Source: an uncultured Acidobacteriota bacterium
Lineage (GTDB): Bacteria; Acidobacteriota; Thermoanaerobaculia; Multivoradales; JAHEKO01
Length of the DNA stretch: 64,000 nucleotides
Direction: 5' to 3'
Assembly (NCBI GenBank): GCA_963713825.1
Contig: CAVQNG010000003.1
Span: 1,472,001-1,536,000, forward strand
This document shows positions 58,045 through 64,000 of the stretch, one piece after another. The position numbers and the translations under genes are program-made. The notes beneath the pieces are model-generated. The model made no database searches. It was not told the DNA's origin and saw only the letters and a program-made list of their open reading frames with translations. The first letter of the stretch is position 1; each line of letters begins with the position of its first letter.

Positions 58045-59079
58045 TCAGGGGATGGCCGCCATCTGCTGATCGAGGCGCCTGTCGAGCCAGACCCACAGTT
58101 CCTCCTGCGGCTCGGCCGAAACCGGGAGGCTGGCGAGAGGTATGTCCAGACGTCCCAGCAGCTTGACCTCATCTTTGGTCGTCGTCAGTACGGCGTCGGC
58201 ATGACTCTCTTGGTAGGCCTCTTCGATGGCAGTCAGGCTGGATGACGGGTAATCGTGGTGATCTGCGAAGGTCAGAGTGTCGGCGATGTCGAGATCGAAC
58301 TGGCGGACTGCTTCGAAGAAGCGTTGTGGTCGGGCGATTGCAGCGACCAGGAGGACTCGCGCGCCCTCCGGTAGCGATCCGCCGGCAGCCAATCGGGGTT
58401 TTCCGACGCGAAACGGTGCGCTGAATCCGGGGCCGTCGAAACCGAACCCTCGCAAGGCCGACGCAATCTCCGCGCCAGCCAGTTCTGTCTCGCCGGTCAG
58501 GATCACCGCGTCTGCTCGGCGGACCGCTGACAACGGCTCGCGCAGCCGCCCTCCAGGAAGCAGTCGGCCACCGGCGAAAGGATCGTCGGAAGGAAAAGCC
58601 AGGAGATCGATGTCTCTGAAGAGTCGAAGATGTGAGAAGCCGTCGTCGAGCACGAAGACCTGAGGGGCGGGATCCAACCTCTCCATGGCGTGTCTGCCGG
58701 CCTCGTATCGATCTGGGCCAACCACTACCGACACGCCAGGGAGCATGCCGGCCAGCAGCACAGGCTCATCGCCGGCGACTGTGGGTCCGAGTAGTGGCCC
58801 TTCGCCAGTGCTGACCAGCCGCACTCCTCTGCCGCGGCTCCGATATCCTCGGGAAAGAATGGTCGTGTTGAGGCCCCGATCCCGCAGATGAGCCGCGATC
58901 GCAGCGACCAGCGGTGTCTTGCCGGTTCCCCCCCAGTGTAGGTTGCCAACACTGACTACGGGTCTCGGGAGTCGGTTCGAACGCCTCGCATACCACCGCC
59001 AACGGAGGGAGTGAGCCGCTCCATAGAGTATCTGCCAGGGCGATCGAGAGGGGGTGGGTCGGGGCAGGACGGTGCTCAT
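58045..59079 (-). CDS. lpxK: Tetraacyldisaccharide 4'-kinase
   Basis: VSVGN..GGTGKTP, LSRGY, GDEP, LDDGF.H, LP.GRLREP, F.DHH, TT.KD. Confidence 0.95.
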   Translation of the reverse strand: MSTVLPRPTPSRSPWQILYGAAHSLRWRWYARRSNRLPRPVVSVGNLHWGGTGKTPLVAAIAAHLRDRGLNTTILSRGYRSRGRGVRLVSTGEGPLLGPTVAGDEPVLLAGMLPGVSVVVGPDRYEAGRHAMERLDPAPQVFVLDDGFSHLRLFRDIDLLAFPSDDPFAGGRLLPGGRLREPLSAVRRADAVILTGETELAGAEIASALRGFGFDGPGFSAPFRVGKPRLAAGGSLPEGARVLLVAAIARPQRFFEAVRQFDLDIADTLTFADHHDYPSSSLTAIEEAYQESHADAVLTTTKDEVKLLGRLDIPLASLPVSAEPQEELWVWLDRRLDQQMAAIP

Positions 59080-59098
59080 GGTCGGGGGTCTACGGTGG

Positions 59099-60358
59099 TC
59101 AATGCGCTGCAGGGTTGTCGATCGCCAGGAAGGGTCGCAGGAAATCAAGAGTGTTCTTCAGAGCTCCTTTATTGTCCGATACGACTTCGGCACCGCGTTG
59201 GCCGATCTGACGAGCGACCTCTGGATCCTCGAGCCAACGCTCCCAGACTGCGGCCAGCTGAGTGGCGTCTGCGGCCCTCTCCCACGCCTCTGCTTGGTCG
59301 AAGATCTCCGCGATCTCCCGGAAGTTCTCCATGGATGGGCCGACGACGGTAGGTACGCCGAAGCGAGCCGACTCGAGCGGGTTGTGACCTCCGGTCGGGA
59401 CGAGTGTTCCACCGATGAAGGCTGCATCGGCTACCCGATAGAGAGCCGCCAGCTCACCGAGGCTGTCGAGCAGCAAGACATCGGGACGCTCCCCGGCACT
59501 CCACTGCGAGCGACGCAGGACCTCCAACCCGGTCTTTCGGAGGAGCTCTTCGACTTCGTTCCAGCGCTCGGGATGGCGAGGCGCCAGGACGAGGAGGGCA
59601 CGGTCCGCGCCCCCGATTCGGTCGAACCCTTCCAGGACCTGGCTCTCTTCGCCTTGCATCGTAGAGCCTGCAATGAGAATCGGCCTGCCGTCGGCCAGTG
59701 CGGTCAGTTTGGACTCCAACGACGGCTGCGGCTCGACCTCTGCCGTTTCGAACTTCAGGTTGCCGGTGCGTCGTACCCGGTCGGCAGGCACACCGAGCGC
59801 GATGAGCCGACGCCGATCTTCATCGGTCTGGACCGCGAAGCCATCAACTCGCCCCAAGAGAGGGCCAAGCAGAGGTCGAAGGCGTCTCATCCGCCGAAAG
59901 CTGTGATCGCTGATCCTGCCATTCACGACGGCAATCGGCAGGCTTCTTTTCTTGACGCGTGCGAGGAGGAGGGGCCAGAGATCTCCCTCGACGAGAATCA
60001 GAGAACGGGGACCGAAACGCCGCAGGAAGGGTTGAACCGCGAAATCGGTCTCGTACGGCAGGTAGGCGACGGCGGCTCTGTCTCCTAGTAGTGCCTTTGC
60101 TCGCTCTTGGCCGGTTGGTGTGATGGTTGTCACGAGCAGGGGCTGGTCGACAGGCAATGCTCCGATCAGGGTGGCTGCTACTCCGACCTCCCCAACCGAC
60201 ACGGCGTGCATCCAGAGGGGGCTTCGAGGCACGGCACCGTCATAAAAGGCCATGCGCCCAGGAATGGTCTTCAGGTAATGCCCGCCGCGGCGAAGCAGCA
60301 GGAAGGGTGCGGCCAGGATCATGGCCAACATGGCGATCACCTGATAGACAATCCACAT
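59099..60358 (-). CDS. waaA: Kdo transferase
   Basis: W.HAVSVGE, NGRIS..S, GNLKF, AGST, PRHPER, GGHNPLE. Confidence 0.95.
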   Translation of the reverse strand: MWIVYQVIAMLAMILAAPFLLLRRGGHYLKTIPGRMAFYDGAVPRSPLWMHAVSVGEVGVAATLIGALPVDQPLLVTTITPTGQERAKALLGDRAAVAYLPYETDFAVQPFLRRFGPRSLILVEGDLWPLLLARVKKRSLPIAVVNGRISDHSFRRMRRLRPLLGPLLGRVDGFAVQTDEDRRRLIALGVPADRVRRTGNLKFETAEVEPQPSLESKLTALADGRPILIAGSTMQGEESQVLEGFDRIGGADRALLVLAPRHPERWNEVEELLRKTGLEVLRRSQWSAGERPDVLLLDSLGELAALYRVADAAFIGGTLVPTGGHNPLESARFGVPTVVGPSMENFREIAEIFDQAEAWERAADATQLAAVWERWLEDPEVARQIGQRGAEVVSDNKGALKNTLDFLRPFLAIDNPAAH

Positions 60359-60648
60359 GGTTCTCTTCGGCCGCGGCTCGAACCGGGGTATCCGGCCCTA
60401 TAATTCAGGACAACCGGCGGCGGTAGCCAACATGCTTCCAAACTCCGACACTCACGAAAGAAGAGGCCGTCGCGGCACCGGCATTCTAGCCCCATTCCCG
60501 CTGCCACATTCAGGCACCGACGTGGGATTGGAGAGGCAGCGCAGCGGGAACGGCGACCCACAGCGGCATCAGCCCCTGGAGTGGGCCCGATTTGGGCCGA
60601 GGCTAGACGCTGAAGTGCCGGCGCTCGTATGAGTATAGGGACCTGACT

Positions 60649-61299
60649 ATGCCCTTTCTTGTTCGATCTTCATCCAACGATCGAGCCTCCTGGGAGGAGA
60701 GCTCGGATCGGGATCTCATGAAAGCCCTTCGTCGCGACGATGAAGGCGCCCTCGACGAGTTGATCGGGCGCAAATCCGCCGGTCTGATGGGTGTGGCAAC
60801 CCGGATGCTCGGCGACCCGGAGGAGGCGCGCGACATCGTACAAATCACTTTCGTTCGGGTCTGGGAGCACCGCCTGGAATTTCGAGATCGATGGAGCCCG
60901 AATACCTGGATCTACCGCATCGCCACCAATCTGACGATCGATCACCTGCGGGCCCGCCAACGACGAGATCGGGCCATGGTCGTAGCCGGCTCGACGTTGC
61001 GGGCCGTCGACAGCGAGAGGAAGAGCCTGGCAGAGGTCCAGCAGCGAGAGGTCGGGGAGGTACTCCTCAAGATCGTTGACTGCCTCAGCGATCGCCAGCG
61101 AGCCGTATTCGTCTTGCGAGTAGTCGAGGGCTTCGATACCAAGGAGGTAGCGAAGATCCTCGGCTGCAGAGTCTCGACGGTTCGAAACCACCTGTTCGTC
61201 GCCCGACGCAAGCTGAAGCGAGAGCTCGAGGTCTGCTTCCCCGAATACGCTCCCGGTTCGGCGGCTGGCTCGACGAGGGAGGGCGGCAGCGATGGGTAG
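60649..61299 (+). CDS. ECF sigma-70 factor
   Basis: EARDIVQ.TF, WIYRIA.N..ID.LR, L...QR.VF.L.......EVA.ILG..V.TV. Confidence 0.9.
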   Translation: MPFLVRSSSNDRASWEESSDRDLMKALRRDDEGALDELIGRKSAGLMGVATRMLGDPEEARDIVQITFVRVWEHRLEFRDRWSPNTWIYRIATNLTIDHLRARQRRDRAMVVAGSTLRAVDSERKSLAEVQQREVGEVLLKIVDCLSDRQRAVFVLRVVEGFDTKEVAKILGCRVSTVRNHLFVARRKLKRELEVCFPEYAPGSAAGSTREGGSDG

Positions 61300-61846
61300 C
61301 TGTCAGTACCTTGCCGAACATGGAGTCCAGCAACTGCTGGCCGATAGGCTATCGGATCCTGGGCGCGAGCGGCGGCAGGAGCTGGTAGAGCACCTGCGAG
61401 CTTGTTTTGCTTGTCGGCAGGCCGCAGTCGAAGAAGATCCGACGCTCGTCTTCTCACTACTCGAGCCCGATCCCATGGGCGCAGAGCAGTTGGCGGATAT
61501 TCAGTCCTCCGTCAGGACACTACGGCGGTCCAGAGCCATTGACTTTTCGGACCGGCCCAGGTCGAGGGTCGGTGGAACGGCCGCCTTGGTGGCGGCGAGT
61601 CTGTTATTCGTCATCGCGCTGCTGCCTCTAACGGGCGGGCGACGCCTGGAGGAACAAAGCGAACCGGTCGGAGACTTGTTTACCGAGCAGCACTCTCTAG
61701 CCGAACCCGAATGGCAGCGGTGGATTGACGACCGGACAGCACCGCCGATGATCGAAGACCTGAACCGCCCCGATGCGAGGGTGTATCAGCTGACCGAAGA
61801 AGACCTGGCCGTGGTCATGATCGTCGATGAAACCCTGGATCTCTAG
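61292..61846 (+). CDS. Zinc-finger (HxxxCxxC) transmembrane anti-sigma factor
   Basis: HLRACFAC motif, single TM; overlaps the ECF gene. Confidence 0.75.
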   Translation: MGSCQYLAEHGVQQLLADRLSDPGRERRQELVEHLRACFACRQAAVEEDPTLVFSLLEPDPMGAEQLADIQSSVRTLRRSRAIDFSDRPRSRVGGTAALVAASLLFVIALLPLTGGRRLEEQSEPVGDLFTEQHSLAEPEWQRWIDDRTAPPMIEDLNRPDARVYQLTEEDLAVVMIVDETLDL

Positions 61847-61943
61847 AGGTTGCCGAGTGTCCGATTCAGGCAGCCTTGCCGGCGGAAGGAAGAGGCAGTG
61901 AGCGGCGGGCCTGACAGCCCAAAGCCCTCCCACGGATCCTCCA

Positions 61944-62687
61944 GTGACACGGAAGTCTTCATACAGGACTCTGGCGCTGGGGGTGATCGCGGTACTGGCC
62001 CTTTCGACGTTGGCGGCAAGCGCCTCCGAACTGGATCCTATCGTCACCAGGACCTTCACCCTGCAACATCGTGCCGCTGCGGAGGCCATCAATCTGATCC
62101 ATCCGCTGCTGACAGCTCGCGGGGCCGTGGAGCTGCGCCCGGTAGGCAACACCCTGGTGATCCGGGACGGTTCGAAAACCGTGGAAGATGCCCTGGCGCT
62201 GTTGACGGAGTTCGATGTCCCAGCCCCACCCCTGCGCTTCGAGGTCAGAATCGTTCGAGCCGGCCTGGATGGTGCCGAGCCGGAACCTCGGAGTGCCGAA
62301 GCCCTGTCGCCAGCTCTCGTCGAACGACTGAAGGAGTTGCTGCGCTTCGACAGCTTCGAGCTGCTCTCGGGTGCCGATCTGGCGGCGGCAGAGAATCAGT
62401 ACCTCGAGTCCTGGATCGGCTCCGAGTTCCAGATCCGATTTCGAGTCGGAGCCGTTCAAGTCGACCGTCGCGTCAAGCTGCACGACTTCCAGGTGGCTCG
62501 GCGCCAGCAGGAGGGCGAGCCCGAGGTCATGATCCATACCAACTTGAGTCTCTGGTTGGACAAGCCGATGATCCTGGGACTGGCTCGCACCGAGTCGAGC
62601 GAACAGGCGCTTATGGTCGTGATTTATTGCACGTTGGAAGTGGCTGGGGAAGGGGGAAGCCCTCCAGTGCTTCCCGACCGGGACTAG
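61944..62687 (+). CDS. Secreted protein with secretin N-terminal (NolW-like) domain
   Basis: Signal peptide; F.LQH..A.EA...I.PLL...G.V......NTLVIRD.......L..FDVP pattern. Confidence 0.68.
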   Translation: MTRKSSYRTLALGVIAVLALSTLAASASELDPIVTRTFTLQHRAAAEAINLIHPLLTARGAVELRPVGNTLVIRDGSKTVEDALALLTEFDVPAPPLRFEVRIVRAGLDGAEPEPRSAEALSPALVERLKELLRFDSFELLSGADLAAAENQYLESWIGSEFQIRFRVGAVQVDRRVKLHDFQVARRQQEGEPEVMIHTNLSLWLDKPMILGLARTESSEQALMVVIYCTLEVAGEGGSPPVLPDRD

Positions 62688-62705
62688 AAGGCGGAGAGAA
62701 CGAGA

Positions 62706-63923
62706 ATGCAGTTCGTCTGTAGAGTCGGCACATCCGGTGGGCGGGTCCTGGAGGATGTGTTCGAAGCCAACGACGAGGCGGCGCTGAGGCAGCAGCTCAC
62801 CCAGCAGGGCTATCATGTCTTCGATGTGCGTCGCCGTGGGCCGATCGGCAGGCTGAAGCTCCCGGGCCGGTCCCGAGAGTCGAAGAGTATCGGTCTCCGA
62901 GATCTGACGGTCTTCAACCAGGAGTTCGCCGCCCTGCTGCGCTCGGGCCTCCCGATGCTGCAAGCTCTGGATCTGATGCTGGCGCGGCAAAAGGATCCGC
63001 TCTTCCACTCGACCCTGAGCGACATTCGGGACCGGGTGAAGAGTGGAGAGGACCTTTCATCGGCCATTGCTGCATACGGCGATATGTTTCCGCCGCTCTA
63101 CGCCGCAACCCTGAAGGCAGGTGAACGCAGCGGTGAGATGGAGCAGGTCATTCGACGGTTCATTCGCTACCTGCAGTTGGTGACCGAAACCCGCAAGAGG
63201 ATCGTCTCTGCCCTGGTCTATCCGGCCGCTCTTGTCGGCCTGTCGGTGGTCCTCATCGGTGTGATGACGATCTGGGTGATGCCTAGATTCACCGAGTTCT
63301 TTTCCAGCTTGAGAGTCGATCTGCCTCTCCTGACCCGTATCACCATGGGCATCTCGGTGTTCGTGAAGAACAACTTTCTGATCCTTCTCGTGGTCTTGGT
63401 CGGACTGGTCCTGGTGGTCATGAACATGACCCGGACCACAGCCGGACGCAACGCGCTGTCGCGGTTGCAGCTGAGGATCCCGCTGCTCGGCCCCTTATTT
63501 CACCGCTTGGCGCTGTCCGAATTTTGCCGCTCCCTGGCCACCCTCCTGGCTGGTGGAATACCGATCGTCGCCGGTCTCGAGGTGGCTGTCGGTGCGGTGA
63601 GCAACTCGTATTTCAAGCAGCGTCTGGAGCCGATGATCGATGGGGTCCGGGAGGGCCAATCGCTGGCTGCGAGTCTAGAGGAAACAGGCGCCGGATCGGA
63701 TATCGTCATCGACATGATCGAGGTGGGCGAAGCCACCGGCTCCCTGGACACCATGCTGTCCGATGTGTCGGATTTCCTGGATGAGGAGGTGGAGACGAAT
63801 CTGCAGCGCCTCTTGAGCCTTCTCGAGCCAGTCATGCTGGTCTTGATGGGCATCATCGTGGCGACGCTGCTGATCTCGGTCTATCTGCCACTATTCAGCC
63901 TGCTCGGACAGGTGGAGTCATGA
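62706..63923 (+). CDS. pilC: Type IV pilus/T2SS inner-membrane platform protein PilC/GspF
   Basis: LL.SGLP, V.SG..LS, GERSG, AL.YP, GE.TG.LD.ML, LEP, YLPLF. Confidence 0.93.
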   Translation: MQFVCRVGTSGGRVLEDVFEANDEAALRQQLTQQGYHVFDVRRRGPIGRLKLPGRSRESKSIGLRDLTVFNQEFAALLRSGLPMLQALDLMLARQKDPLFHSTLSDIRDRVKSGEDLSSAIAAYGDMFPPLYAATLKAGERSGEMEQVIRRFIRYLQLVTETRKRIVSALVYPAALVGLSVVLIGVMTIWVMPRFTEFFSSLRVDLPLLTRITMGISVFVKNNFLILLVVLVGLVLVVMNMTRTTAGRNALSRLQLRIPLLGPLFHRLALSEFCRSLATLLAGGIPIVAGLEVAVGAVSNSYFKQRLEPMIDGVREGQSLAASLEETGAGSDIVIDMIEVGEATGSLDTMLSDVSDFLDEEVETNLQRLLSLLEPVMLVLMGIIVATLLISVYLPLFSLLGQVES

Positions 63924-64000
63924 AGCCGGTTCGTTTGGCGATCGTCTGCAACCGAGGAAAGGGAACTTTCGAGTCGTGAGCTCAGAGCAACTGGAAGAAG
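63920..64000 (+). CDS. Start of next gene, truncated (possibly PilB/GspE by context only)
   Basis: ATGA overlap with the pilC stop; open to window end; too short to identify. Confidence 0.35.

Noticed and set aside
59054-60088. Long antisense ORFs (also 3776-4741, 17683-18582, 35633-36610, 45422-46450, 61959-63008)
   Set aside because: Shadows of well-supported genes on the opposite strand in high-GC DNA; no recognisable motifs

Overview
A GC-rich (roughly 60-65% by eye), densely coding bacterial chromosomal segment from a diderm, LPS-producing organism. Gene content and order suggest Acidobacteriota, but this is inference. The first half holds housekeeping and envelope genes (rseP, nfo, rpe, bamD, cpoB, tatA, pgeF, ftsEX, a TonB-ExbBDD-TPR cluster, ruvC, yebC, a frameshifted accD, folC, glyA, an acyl-CoA carboxyltransferase, tldD/E, selA). 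A type IV pilus region follows (PilR/PilS-like pair, fimT-pilV-pilW-pilX-pilY1, pilD, major pilin, later pilC). The window has three sigma-54 promoter motifs. A surface-glycosylation cluster (AftB/TfpW-like GT-C, DegT, UbiA-type phosphoribosyltransferase, YfhO) and waaA-lpxK-waaF lie near the end. The most striking unexplained signal is non-coding. All four long convergent intergenic gaps carry, in the same orientation, a ~165-180 nt element. Three copies align without gaps at ~80% identity, with a ~28-bp closing stem whose deviations are mostly G-U wobbles on the + strand and an inner stem with compensatory substitutions. The element sits in mosaics of other conserved modules, and one copy has its interior replaced by an IS481-like end. 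No tRNA, rRNA, CRISPR array or transposase gene was recognised.
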